A stretch of 64,000 bases of DNA from Patescibacteria group bacterium (GCA_042569365.1 JBHPHK010000004.1:6113-70112), one strand, 5' to 3'. Numbered from the stretch's first letter, positions 45,310 to 54,145 are shown. Notes: generated from the sequence alone by a model not told the origin. Numbers and translations are program-made.

Positions 45310-46446
45310 ATGTTAAGTAAGATTCGTTCAATTTTTACATTTGGCGGCGGCTTTCTCTTGGGAGCCTGGATTGTTTTTATGGGATTTTTTGCGTATCTCC
45401 AGATTAGTGATGCGCAAGTTGAGTACGATGCGAGTCTTTTAAGTCGGCCGCAGGACTTGATCTATGACTTTGACAGTTGGAAGACATACGAAAATGTTAC
45501 TCAGGATTATGAGTTTCAGTATCCGGTGAACTGGTACGCGCAGGACTTTACACTTTTTGTCGGCAGCAACGCTGTGATATCTGATACAGCAGTTCCGCCG
45601 AATGCGCGCTTGCCTGAGTCTCCTCTCGAAGTAAACAAAGGGTTTATCTTAGACGTTTTCATCCGCAAGACTGAAGGCCAGTTAGATCCAGAAAAATGGA
45701 TGAAAGATAATTTGAAAACTTTCGATCCTGAAGCCAGTATTGCCGAGATGCAAAAAATTGAAGTTGCCGGAGAGAATGCACGCTTGGTTACTTTGGAGGT
45801 TGAGGGGACCGATAGCATAAAGTCTAATGCTAGAAATTCATACGAGCTTGTCGTTCTTCCTTATAAAAACGATACCTATTTGATACGGTTGTTTACCGGT
45901 GCTAAAGAAGGGAAGGATTACGAGCCTGTCTTTATGCATTTACTTGAGACATTTACTTTCAAGGACGAGGTTGTAAATGAGCCTTGGACAAAGTACGTAA
46001 ACAAAAACTTAAATTATAGTTTTGAATATCCGGTAGATTGGGAAATAGACGAAGGTAAAAATAATGCGGTAAGAGTTTGGAAAGAATTCGCGCCTGATAA
46101 TACCACTGAAAATCTAAAAGAGCGCGCTGAGTTTTACGTTCGGACGCATAGCTTTCCGAATGGATCAAATCTAGAAAGCTGGATCAATACATATGACAAA
46201 TATAAGGAACGGGGATTAAGACTGATCGATCAAGACAATATTCCGTTTGTGAAGTGGGTCCATGGCATCAAACGCTATTACGGCAAGCCTGATGAGCCGG
46301 GACGCTTCGTAACCCTATTTATTCCGTACAATAATAAGATTTACTGGATCGAGTATAATTTTGTTTTTGATCCGGGTCGCGTTAAGCGCAAGGCGACTTA
46401 TGAGCGCATTCTTTATGATATTTTGAATACACTCGATATTAAGTAG
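45310..46446 (+). CDS. membrane-anchored exported protein with an internal two-fold repeat, hypothetical
   Basis: It has an N-terminal TM helix. Two similar modules begin YEFQYPVNWYAQ and YSFEYPVDWEIDEG. Confidence 0.6.
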   Translation: MLSKIRSIFTFGGGFLLGAWIVFMGFFAYLQISDAQVEYDASLLSRPQDLIYDFDSWKTYENVTQDYEFQYPVNWYAQDFTLFVGSNAVISDTAVPPNARLPESPLEVNKGFILDVFIRKTEGQLDPEKWMKDNLKTFDPEASIAEMQKIEVAGENARLVTLEVEGTDSIKSNARNSYELVVLPYKNDTYLIRLFTGAKEGKDYEPVFMHLLETFTFKDEVVNEPWTKYVNKNLNYSFEYPVDWEIDEGKNNAVRVWKEFAPDNTTENLKERAEFYVRTHSFPNGSNLESWINTYDKYKERGLRLIDQDNIPFVKWVHGIKRYYGKPDEPGRFVTLFIPYNNKIYWIEYNFVFDPGRVKRKATYERILYDILNTLDIK

Positions 46447-46473
46447 GTTCTATTGATATAATGAATGTATATA

Positions 46474-46505
46474 GGGCCCGCCACCCCCGCCTCCACCCTA
46501 AAATA
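46474..46505. repeat. C-rich element related in composition to the 37-nt repeat (copy 3, divergent)
   Basis: The sequence GGGCCCGCCACCCCCGCCTCCACCCTAAAATA lies 50 nt upstream of hisS. It shares the GGGCC..CCCCCG..CCTCC..CCCTAA layout but not the stem. Confidence 0.4.
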
Positions 46506-46554
46506 TCATGAAGAAGATTAAATCAAGATTAAATTTTCATTAAACAAATCTAAA

Positions 46555-47862
46555 ATGGCAGATCAGAAAAAAATTGAAGCAAAGCTTTTGAAAGGTTTTC
46601 GAGATTATCTCCCGCAAGAAATGGTAGCACGCCAAGAAATGCTGGATACAATTCGAAAGACATTCGAACTATATGGTTTTCTGCCACTGCAGACTCCGGC
46701 TCTTGAATATGCCGATGTTCTTCTAGGAAAATATGGAGAAGAGGGAGATAAGTTGCTTTATCGTTTCAATGATCAGGGCAAGCGTGATGTTGCGCTGCGC
46801 TATGACCTTACTGTTCCGCTGGCGCGCGTAATCGCCCAATACAAACAACAATTTCCTTTGCCATTCAAGCGCTATCAGATTGCTCCAGTGTGGCGAGCTG
46901 AAAAACCGCAGAAAGGCCGCTTCCGCGAGTTTGTCCAGTGTGATGTCGATATTGTCGGCACTAAAGATATTTCATCTGACATTGAACTGGTATCACTAGC
47001 TGTAAATGTTCTTGAGAATCTAGGTCTAAAATTTCAATTGCGCGTTTCAGATCGTCGTATCCTGACCGGAGTTTTGACGAAGGCCGGAGTTTCTGAAGAA
47101 AAACAAACTGCCGCTATTCAAACAATCGACAAGTATGAAAAAATAGGCGAGTCCGGAGTACAGGCAGAGCTTGAGAAAAAAGGTTTCGACAAAAACCAGA
47201 TCAGCGAGCTTACAAATTTCTTGCAAATCTCTGGATCAAACGACGCTATCCTAAAAACTCTCACAAAATACGTCGAGGATTCAGACCAAGCACTTGAGGC
47301 GATCAATAGATTTACAGAAATTTTCGCAGAACTAAAAACAGCTGGCGTTGATACGAAGCAAATCAAACTTGATCCGACTCTTGCACGTGGCATGGACTAC
47401 TACACAGGAATTATTTTTGAAGCAGTCCTAATTAAGCCAACAGGTTACGGCAGTGTCTTGGGCGGAGGCCGTTACGATGAGCTCATTGGAATGTTTACTG
47501 GACAGGACTTACCAGCCAGTGGATTTAGTATCGGGATCGATCGTCTTTTTGATGCGGTCAATACAGACACAGCAAAATCCCAAAACATCCAAGCATTAGT
47601 TCTCTTCCTCGACAAAGATGATCGTGCACATTACAGTAAATTACTAAATGAATTACGCAGCGCTGGAGTCCGCACAGACTTTTATCTCAAAGATTCCGAC
47701 AAGATCGGAAAGCAGTTGACCTATGCGGAAAAAATCGGCGCCCAGTATGCTATTTTCTTGGGAGAAGAAGAGATCAAAGCAAAAACGATTAATGTCCGCG
47801 ATATGCAGACTGGAAAATCCAAAAGCCTGAAAGTCAAAGAGTTTATTAAGAAAATCAAATAG
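46555..47862 (+). CDS. hisS: histidine--tRNA ligase
   Basis: It has class II motifs (LLKGFRDYLP; RYDLTVPLARV; FREFVQCDVDIVG; GGGRYDEL) and a C-terminal anticodon-binding domain. Confidence 0.9.
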   Translation: MADQKKIEAKLLKGFRDYLPQEMVARQEMLDTIRKTFELYGFLPLQTPALEYADVLLGKYGEEGDKLLYRFNDQGKRDVALRYDLTVPLARVIAQYKQQFPLPFKRYQIAPVWRAEKPQKGRFREFVQCDVDIVGTKDISSDIELVSLAVNVLENLGLKFQLRVSDRRILTGVLTKAGVSEEKQTAAIQTIDKYEKIGESGVQAELEKKGFDKNQISELTNFLQISGSNDAILKTLTKYVEDSDQALEAINRFTEIFAELKTAGVDTKQIKLDPTLARGMDYYTGIIFEAVLIKPTGYGSVLGGGRYDELIGMFTGQDLPASGFSIGIDRLFDAVNTDTAKSQNIQALVLFLDKDDRAHYSKLLNELRSAGVRTDFYLKDSDKIGKQLTYAEKIGAQYAIFLGEEEIKAKTINVRDMQTGKSKSLKVKEFIKKIK

Positions 47863-47887
47863 AAAAGTTATCCAGTTTGCATCCATC

Positions 47888-47916
47888 TTGACACCTGCTG
47901 TAGCAGATGCTAGTTT
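47888..47916 (+). promoter_or_regulatory. sigma70-type promoter (TTGACA-17-TAGTTT)
   Basis: The -35 is exact and the -10 is weaker. An ATG sits about 6 nt after the -10, at 47922. Confidence 0.4.
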
Positions 47917-48274
47917 GGAATATGCATTTGAATCTGGCAGAAGTGCATAGCGAAAAAACAATTGTGCCAGAACGCTACACATCACATCATCCGCCAAAAG
48001 GAGGCTGGTATGCCATCATGGCCGTAGTGAAATCGTGCAGTTGGCGACTGTAACTCGTCCCCAGGACCGTGCGTAATATTGATATATTAATATTACGCGT
48101 CCACGCCAAACGCTTCATTACGAAGCAGTCAACTTAGTTGACAAGAAGGGGGTTCGCGATCAGATGCGTAATGTATACGAAGAACAACAGGCTCAGGAAG
48201 CCGACAACTCTTCCCCTGTCCTTCGCACACAATACACTCTCATTCGCACCCCGCAATCATATCTAGTATTTTCC

Positions 48275-48308
48275 AAGAGCCTGGTTTTACCGGGCTCTTT
48301 TCCTTTGT
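48275..48308 (+). terminator. rho-independent terminator
   Basis: AAGAGCCTGG-TTTTA-CCGGGCTCTT is followed by TTCCTTT. Confidence 0.6.
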
Positions 48309-48321
48309 CTTTCTAATACAC

Positions 48322-48350
48322 TTGACAAAAAAGTAAAAATAAACTACAAT
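48322..48350 (+). promoter_or_regulatory. sigma70-type promoter (TTGACA-17-TACAAT) of the purC leader
   Basis: It has exact hexamers and lies 354 nt upstream of the purC ATG. Confidence 0.6.
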
Positions 48351-48452
48351 CGTGCTCGCACTGAATGAATGAGCTGTCCGAATATTTGCATGAAAATGCT
48401 CAGTGCCACAGTCCTTTGGACAAATTAATATTTAAGAGACTTTAACGTTGCA

Positions 48453-48584
48453 ATGAATATGCACGTATTCCCGAGCCCGAAGCAGACCTCGGAAACAGAA
48501 GTTATTGATTTCAAAGGAATTGCCCAGTTGATATTGACGGCCTTGGTCGTTACTTTCGTAACTAGCGCATTTCTCTTGTTGTAA
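48453..48584 (+). CDS. possible 43-aa hydrophobic-tail peptide inside the purC leader
   Basis: The ORF MNMHVFPSPKQTSETEVIDFKGIAQLILTALVVTFVTSAFLLL has one C-terminal TM-like helix. It has no SD, and a terminator lies 25 nt downstream. Confidence 0.25.
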   Translation: MNMHVFPSPKQTSETEVIDFKGIAQLILTALVVTFVTSAFLLL

Positions 48585-48610
48585 ATTTCTGTCATCTACT
48601 TCGATCAAAG

Positions 48611-48644
48611 GGCGTAATCTATCATGGAGATTGCGCCTTTTTTC
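48611..48644 (+). terminator. leader terminator/attenuator upstream of purC
   Basis: GGCGTAATCT-ATCATGG-AGATTGCGCC is followed by TTTTTT, 60 nt before the purC ATG. No promoter fits in between. Confidence 0.6.
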
Positions 48645-48703
48645 ATTTCGTGTTATTTTTACTAACCAATTTTGACGACCCTTACCAATAAAAGGAGGCA
48701 TGT

Positions 48704-49648
48704 ATGGATTTTCCATATCACCCAAAATGTGTTCCTTTGAAAGAGATTTCACAGGGCAAGATCAGAACGATCTTTGCCGCGGGAACACGCAACAACGAAG
48801 AACAAGACAAGCTGTTCATCGTAGCATCCGACAGAATCTCGGCCTTTGATTTTGTCTTACCGACTCGGATCCCGGAAAAAGGAGGGCTCCTCACCAAAGT
48901 AACCGATCACTGGCTGAGGAAAGTGCTGACAGGCATTTCTCACCATTTGATCACGACCGAGTGGGATGAGCTCCCAGATAACCTCCGGCTGTATCTCGAA
49001 CAGCGCAACTTGCGCTCGCAGCTTGAGGGCCGATTCAGCTTGGTGCGCAAGGCCGAAGTGATCCCCATCGAGTGTATCGTGCGGGGCTACATCACGGGCT
49101 CTGGCTGGAAAGACTATCAGCGAACTGGCATGGTTTGCGGATTGCCGCTTCCATCAGGCTTAGTCGAAAGTGAAAAACTGCCAGAACCGCTCTTCACTCC
49201 CTCGACCAAAGCTTCCCAAGGCGAACACGATGAAAACATCAGTTACGAGCAGACAGTGGAGATCTTGGAAGAAAGATATCCCGGCCGTGGAGAACGTCTG
49301 GCAGAGGCGCTGCGCGACAAGAGTTTGCAGCTGTACCAGACGGGAGCTGAGCATGCGCTCGCTCGCGGGATCATCATCGCCGATACCAAATTCGAGTTTG
49401 GCTTAATCGACGGTGAAGTCGCTCTGATCGACGAGGTTCTGACTCCAGACTCTTCAAGATTCTGGCCGAAGGACACCTATCAGGCGGGCCGCTCGCAGGA
49501 GAGCCTGGACAAACAACCGGTGCGCGACTGGCTGACTGCCAACTGGGACAGGACTGGCGATCCGCCGGAACTTCCAAACGAAGTCGTGCAGCAGACTACA
49601 GAGCAATATCGGGAAGTTTGCAGACTCCTAACCTCCGATGAACAATAA
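48704..49648 (+). CDS. purC: SAICAR synthetase
   Basis: It has the motifs LFIVASDRISAFD and GIIIADTKFEFG, typical of PurC. AAGGAGG lies 5 nt upstream of the ATG. Confidence 0.85.
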   Translation: MDFPYHPKCVPLKEISQGKIRTIFAAGTRNNEEQDKLFIVASDRISAFDFVLPTRIPEKGGLLTKVTDHWLRKVLTGISHHLITTEWDELPDNLRLYLEQRNLRSQLEGRFSLVRKAEVIPIECIVRGYITGSGWKDYQRTGMVCGLPLPSGLVESEKLPEPLFTPSTKASQGEHDENISYEQTVEILEERYPGRGERLAEALRDKSLQLYQTGAEHALARGIIIADTKFEFGLIDGEVALIDEVLTPDSSRFWPKDTYQAGRSQESLDKQPVRDWLTANWDRTGDPPELPNEVVQQTTEQYREVCRLLTSDEQ

Positions 49649-49728
49649 TCATTTAATTATAAGAGCATCGCTACGGCGGTGCTCTTTTCACATTTGACAT
49701 TATCAGTAAATCAGTGTAAAACTTAACT

Positions 49729-51078
49729 TTGTATATGACATTCAATACCGACAATATAAGGAAGCAATTCCCGATCACAAAACGCCAGGTGCGGATTTTA
49801 GATCATGACGATCCGCAGCCGCTTATTTATTTTGACCATGCCGCCTCGACTCATCCCGTGAGGCGCGCTCTTGATCGTTATGTCGATTTTTTAAACAACG
49901 ACTACGCCAATATCCACCGTGGCAATCACTTGCTTTCAGAACTTGCAACTCAGCAATTTGAAAACGCGCGTACAGATATTATTAACTTCATCAAAGGCGA
50001 TCCCAAGACAAATACTATTATTTTTTCAGATAATACAACAAGCGCTCTTTCTCTCGCGAGTCATATTATGTCGGGAGAAGAGGGAATCGTTGTAACTAGT
50101 CTTTTCGAGCATCACAGCAATGACTTAACGCATCGTCAGCACAGTGACGTTAAGCATGTTAATCCTAAGGAAGATGGGACTTATGACCTCGAAGCCTTAG
50201 AAGATGTGCTGAAAAATAATAAAGTAAAACTAGTCGCGGTAACCGCCGCTTCCAACTCCACTGGGTATATGCCACCTCTGGCAGAGATCGCGACACTAGC
50301 CCACAAGCATGGTGCAAAAATCTTGGTCGATGCAGCTCAAATACTGGCACATGCCCAACTGCAAGTCTATAAAGACGATGATCCGCGCCATCTAGATTTT
50401 GTAGCAGCCGCGGGCCACAAAGCTTATGCGCCTTTCGGTAGCGCCTTCCTTTTCGGGCCGAAAGAAATATTCGATAAATCCGAGCCATATCGTCCCGGAG
50501 GCGGAACAGTCAAGTGGGTCACCACCGATGCGGTTTCCTATCAGCCATCGCCAGAAAGACACGAGGGCGGTACGCCAAATATTGCCGGCGGAATTGCGTT
50601 AGCAGAATCCCTTGCCTTCTTAAAAGATATAGGCTTAGAAAATATTCGCACGCACGAAAAAGAGCTCACTCAACATCTGATCGACGGGATCGCAAATATT
50701 AAAGGCGTAGTTGTTTACGGACCTCTCGATGTGGAGGAGAGAATTGGCATTGTGACTTTTAATATAAACGAAATAGATCACAGCACGGTTGCATCTATTT
50801 TAGATCAAGAATATGGAATCGCTGTTCGCAACGGCTGTTTTTGTGCGCATCCTTATCTGCATTATCTTTTAGAAATTGATCCGGCCGATGTTGAGAAATA
50901 TAAAGAACAATTGGAAGAAAACGATAAAACAAAAGTCCCCGGCGCAGTGCGTGCCTCTATTGGAATCTATAATTCGAAAGAAGAGATCGATGTTTTGATA
51001 AAAGCGATCAAAAAAATTGCCAAGAAAGAGTGGTCAGGAGATTATTCTGGCGTCAAGGCTCCGTGTAGTTCTTCTTAA
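49729..51078 (+). CDS. class V aminotransferase / cysteine desulfurase-like (SufS/CsdA family)
   Basis: It has the PLP-lysine context AAAGHKAYAPFG and the active-site-like motif RNGCFCAHPY. The start may be ATG 49735. A TTGACA-17-TAAAAC promoter lies at 49694..49722. Confidence 0.8.
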   Translation: MYMTFNTDNIRKQFPITKRQVRILDHDDPQPLIYFDHAASTHPVRRALDRYVDFLNNDYANIHRGNHLLSELATQQFENARTDIINFIKGDPKTNTIIFSDNTTSALSLASHIMSGEEGIVVTSLFEHHSNDLTHRQHSDVKHVNPKEDGTYDLEALEDVLKNNKVKLVAVTAASNSTGYMPPLAEIATLAHKHGAKILVDAAQILAHAQLQVYKDDDPRHLDFVAAAGHKAYAPFGSAFLFGPKEIFDKSEPYRPGGGTVKWVTTDAVSYQPSPERHEGGTPNIAGGIALAESLAFLKDIGLENIRTHEKELTQHLIDGIANIKGVVVYGPLDVEERIGIVTFNINEIDHSTVASILDQEYGIAVRNGCFCAHPYLHYLLEIDPADVEKYKEQLEENDKTKVPGAVRASIGIYNSKEEIDVLIKAIKKIAKKEWSGDYSGVKAPCSSS

Positions 51079-51113
51079 GGTATGGGTCCTCACGCCGGAA
51101 TTTTAACAAAGTG

Positions 51114-51143
51114 AAAAGCCCCTCTCGGATGAGAAGGGCTTTT
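51114..51143. terminator. bidirectional terminator between convergent genes
   Basis: The hairpin AAAAGCCCCTCTC-GGAT-GAGAAGGGCTTTT has A/T runs on both sides. Confidence 0.65.
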
Positions 51144-51161
51144 GCGTAATCGGTTTCGTGG

Positions 51162-52634
51162 TTAGTAGCGGTTGATCCACTTAGGCTTCCAGGAGTTGAT
51201 GATCATGATTTTGTAATCACCCGTCGGATCTTCGAAAAGATCTTTCAGGCAAGAAAATGTGATCGACCACCTCTTGGTTGCCTTGAACTTGAGTGAAGGT
51301 CCCGCGGAGAGCAAGTGATGTCCGGATTCCGGGATGTAGCCAGAAATATGCGGGCCAAACCACCAATCACCAGCACCCCAGCGGATGCTTGTGTCGGTGA
51401 ACCAGCCTACGTAGTCAAGTTTGTGATCCGGTCTCGTTACAGCCCAGTTGAACTGGTTGTAGAAGAACAGATCACCGTACTTGGCTGGCCAACCACTGGC
51501 GAAACTGAGCTCTGGATCGATTCCAATAAACTCCCAGTTGCCTTTGGTGTGATCCCAGCTGGTCATCAGGCGTGGCTCCCAAGCGAGTTTGAAAAAACTA
51601 GTGTTTTTCCCAAATCCGATTTTGCCGGCCTTGGCTTCGGGCAAAAGTGAAGTAGATCCACAGGCTACCCAGCCAGACTTAAGCCAGGTTTTGTTGTAGC
51701 GCAGCGAGAGGCTGTCTTCGCCAGTGCCACTGTCGGTGTAGAAGAACACAAGCTGATCCTTAGACGGATCAATCAGTTCTTCAGCGTACGTCGCAATAGC
51801 TGGAGTCAGCACGATCAGACAGCAAAGCGCAACTGAAGTCATAAATGCTTTCTGAAGCTGCGGGCCGCGGAAGCTGTTCTGCATGACAGTCTTAACGAGC
51901 GAGAAAATCTTAGAGTAATCTTGGACTTTCTCTTCGGCAAGTTCTTGCCTATTTTCTGCACGTTGTTTTAAGAACGCCGCTTCGCGGCCGTCGCCGACAT
52001 AGCAGAATAATCCGATCGGCCACATGGCCAGAAAAGGAATAAACAACTGCCAGTCTTCGGCAAAGGCCTGGACAAAATCGCGGTTATGTCGTTCACGGAT
52101 TCGCAACACGAAGCCGCGGAGGGCGGCGAGCATGAAGGCCAGATAGAAAATCACGGCCGACCATTTGAGCGCTGCCCAATTGGTGACATGATCAAGCGTT
52201 GGTTTCTGCGCTTTGTTGTAGGCGACAAAAGCCGTTCGCAAATCGTCAATCTGGGGAAGCTGTCTTGTGTCACGATCCATTTCTGCGATGGCTCCAAAAG
52301 CCATCGGGACGCCGCGCTCCATGAATTCGATCAGCGTTAAACGCATCTCGATGTATTCATCGGCTGTCAGCGCTTCACCACGTTCCTGGATGGTGCTGAG
52401 GATTTCCTGTCTGGTTGCCCCCGCATCTTTTACAAGAGCAGCACGGCCGTCCTGGTCGAGAGCGGACCATTGATTGGTCGGATACCGATCAGGGCCGTTC
52501 ACAGAAACGGTGACCCAGGCAACCAGCACAAAAGCCAGAAGCCCTGCGACGAAAAACCAGCGTTGTGTACTGTTTTTGACGTCATCGAATTGCACGCACG
52601 AGTTGTGCGGGCGGTGGTTATTCCAGTGTTCCAT
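51162..52634 (-). CDS. hypothetical membrane protein (490 aa), GC-rich, aromatic-rich C-terminal domain
   Basis: AGGAGGTACCC precedes the ATG, and the promoter is TTGACA-17-TATTTT (52710..52738). It has 4-5 TM helices. The 200-aa W/F/Y-rich C-terminal domain ends ...WKPKWINRY. Confidence 0.65.
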   Translation of the reverse strand: MEHWNNHRPHNSCVQFDDVKNSTQRWFFVAGLLAFVLVAWVTVSVNGPDRYPTNQWSALDQDGRAALVKDAGATRQEILSTIQERGEALTADEYIEMRLTLIEFMERGVPMAFGAIAEMDRDTRQLPQIDDLRTAFVAYNKAQKPTLDHVTNWAALKWSAVIFYLAFMLAALRGFVLRIRERHNRDFVQAFAEDWQLFIPFLAMWPIGLFCYVGDGREAAFLKQRAENRQELAEEKVQDYSKIFSLVKTVMQNSFRGPQLQKAFMTSVALCCLIVLTPAIATYAEELIDPSKDQLVFFYTDSGTGEDSLSLRYNKTWLKSGWVACGSTSLLPEAKAGKIGFGKNTSFFKLAWEPRLMTSWDHTKGNWEFIGIDPELSFASGWPAKYGDLFFYNQFNWAVTRPDHKLDYVGWFTDTSIRWGAGDWWFGPHISGYIPESGHHLLSAGPSLKFKATKRWSITFSCLKDLFEDPTGDYKIMIINSWKPKWINRY

Positions 52635-52794
52635 GGGTACCTCCTAAAGGTATAAAAGATTGTAAAGACCGATTACTTTCCTCCTCCTGTTTTTAGGGCG
52701 GAAGAGATTAAAATAACACACAAAATAATATTTGTCAATCAAAAAAATGCCAGTTTTCTGATACTGACATTTCTTGAATATTTTTCCTAATTAA

Positions 52795-53271
52795 TTAAAA
52801 ACGAGGACGGCCGCCACTTGGTGGACGACTTTGAGGTCTTGGGGCTGACGAGCCAGATCCAAACAAACCACTCATCACACCACCAAAAAAACCGCCAGAT
52901 TTTTTCACTTGAGATTTTTGTTGCTCAAGCTGAGTTGCTGTGTAGCGAGTTTGCGTCGTACCTTTAGCACGTTCTTGCTTCATAGCCATTCCATGCTGTC
53001 TTTCTAGTATTGCGAGCTGCTTATTTTTTTGCGCCAGACTCTTAGCAACAAAATTTGTCTGGTTAGTTTGTTTTCCAAGCTTAGCTAAAGATGTTTGCTT
53101 ACGCTGCAAGGCAGCGATCTCCTTTTTAGCAGATAACACCTGTCCCCCAAGTGCTTTAGCTTGTCCCTTTGCCTGCATATAGGCTCGCGCCTTCTGAGTG
53201 TCTACGTTTGAAATTTGATCAGGAGTCATAGGAATAAATGTTATTTTGATGTCTTCATCATACCAATTCAT
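52795..53271 (-). CDS. hypothetical coiled-coil protein with Gly/Ser/Pro-rich tail
   Basis: This 158-aa ORF has a Q/K/A-rich heptad-like middle region and the C-terminus GGFFGGVMSGLFGSGSSAPRPQSRPPSGGRPRF. A terminator follows at about 52745..52775. Confidence 0.55.
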   Translation of the reverse strand: MNWYDEDIKITFIPMTPDQISNVDTQKARAYMQAKGQAKALGGQVLSAKKEIAALQRKQTSLAKLGKQTNQTNFVAKSLAQKNKQLAILERQHGMAMKQERAKGTTQTRYTATQLEQQKSQVKKSGGFFGGVMSGLFGSGSSAPRPQSRPPSGGRPRF

Positions 53272-53319
53272 TAATGAAAAACAAAACTAGCGCTAATCAA
53301 ATAATGCTACAATAAAACC

Positions 53320-54117
53320 ATGCAGCTAACCTTCCTCGGAACAGGACCCTCGCTAGCGTTACCGCGCAAAGGGCACGCAGATGCTCTCTGTAAGTCAGCG
53401 CGCAAAGTTGGCAGTAAAGACAAACGGACCCGTTCGTCAGCTTTGATAACGCACAAGCAAAAAAATATCTTGATCGACTGTGGTCCAGATTTTTTAGAGC
53501 AAATCAAACGAGAGTACATTACTAAGATCGATGCGATTCTCCTGACGCATGCCCATCGTGATGCGGCCGGCGGTTTTAATCAGCTGCGGATCTGGCTGAA
53601 CAATCATTCTGAGAAAATTCCGATCTATATCGAGCGACGAACCTGGCAGACTTTAAAGACTAGATTTAAAAGACTGGATCATCTCAAGCCGATATTCATT
53701 TCAGCAGGAAAAAACTTCAAGCTTCTAGACTTAAACGTAAAACCATTTCGTGTGCATCACAGTTTGCAAAAAGAATTTCCAACACTCGGGTATCGTTTCG
53801 GAAACAAGCTAGTTTACGCGAGTGATTTTTGGAAAGTTCCATACAAGAGTAAAGAAAATATGTACAAGGCCGACGTTCTCATGATCGATGCGGCTATTTA
53901 TTTTGGACTGTACATTCACGGTCATCAAAATACAGAACAGGCACTAAAAATGGCGCACGCCTTAAGAGCGGGTCAAACATATTTGACCCAAGTAGGGCAC
54001 AGCTATCCTCCGCACGTAAGAGCACAGCAGGATATTCGCAGAGCCTGGATGGCGATGGGGGAGCAGGCAAAAAGCATGCCTAAAATAGCTTACGACGGGC
54101 TAAAAATAAAATTATAA
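53320..54117 (+). CDS. MBL-fold metallo-hydrolase
   Basis: It has the HxHxD motif context LLTHAHRDAAGG and further His/Asp ligand positions downstream. Confidence 0.7.
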   Translation: MQLTFLGTGPSLALPRKGHADALCKSARKVGSKDKRTRSSALITHKQKNILIDCGPDFLEQIKREYITKIDAILLTHAHRDAAGGFNQLRIWLNNHSEKIPIYIERRTWQTLKTRFKRLDHLKPIFISAGKNFKLLDLNVKPFRVHHSLQKEFPTLGYRFGNKLVYASDFWKVPYKSKENMYKADVLMIDAAIYFGLYIHGHQNTEQALKMAHALRAGQTYLTQVGHSYPPHVRAQQDIRRAWMAMGEQAKSMPKIAYDGLKIKL

Positions 54118-54145
54118 ACCAAAAACGACCCAAAAAGTTATCATC

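Noticed and set aside
47888-48308. tmRNA, RNase P RNA or T-box identity for the structured region after hisS
   Set aside because: I found no tRNA-like acceptor/T-arm with CCA, no GAGGAAAGUCC-type P4 sequence and no tag-peptide reading frame. GGCTGGTATGCC only superficially resembles a T-box.
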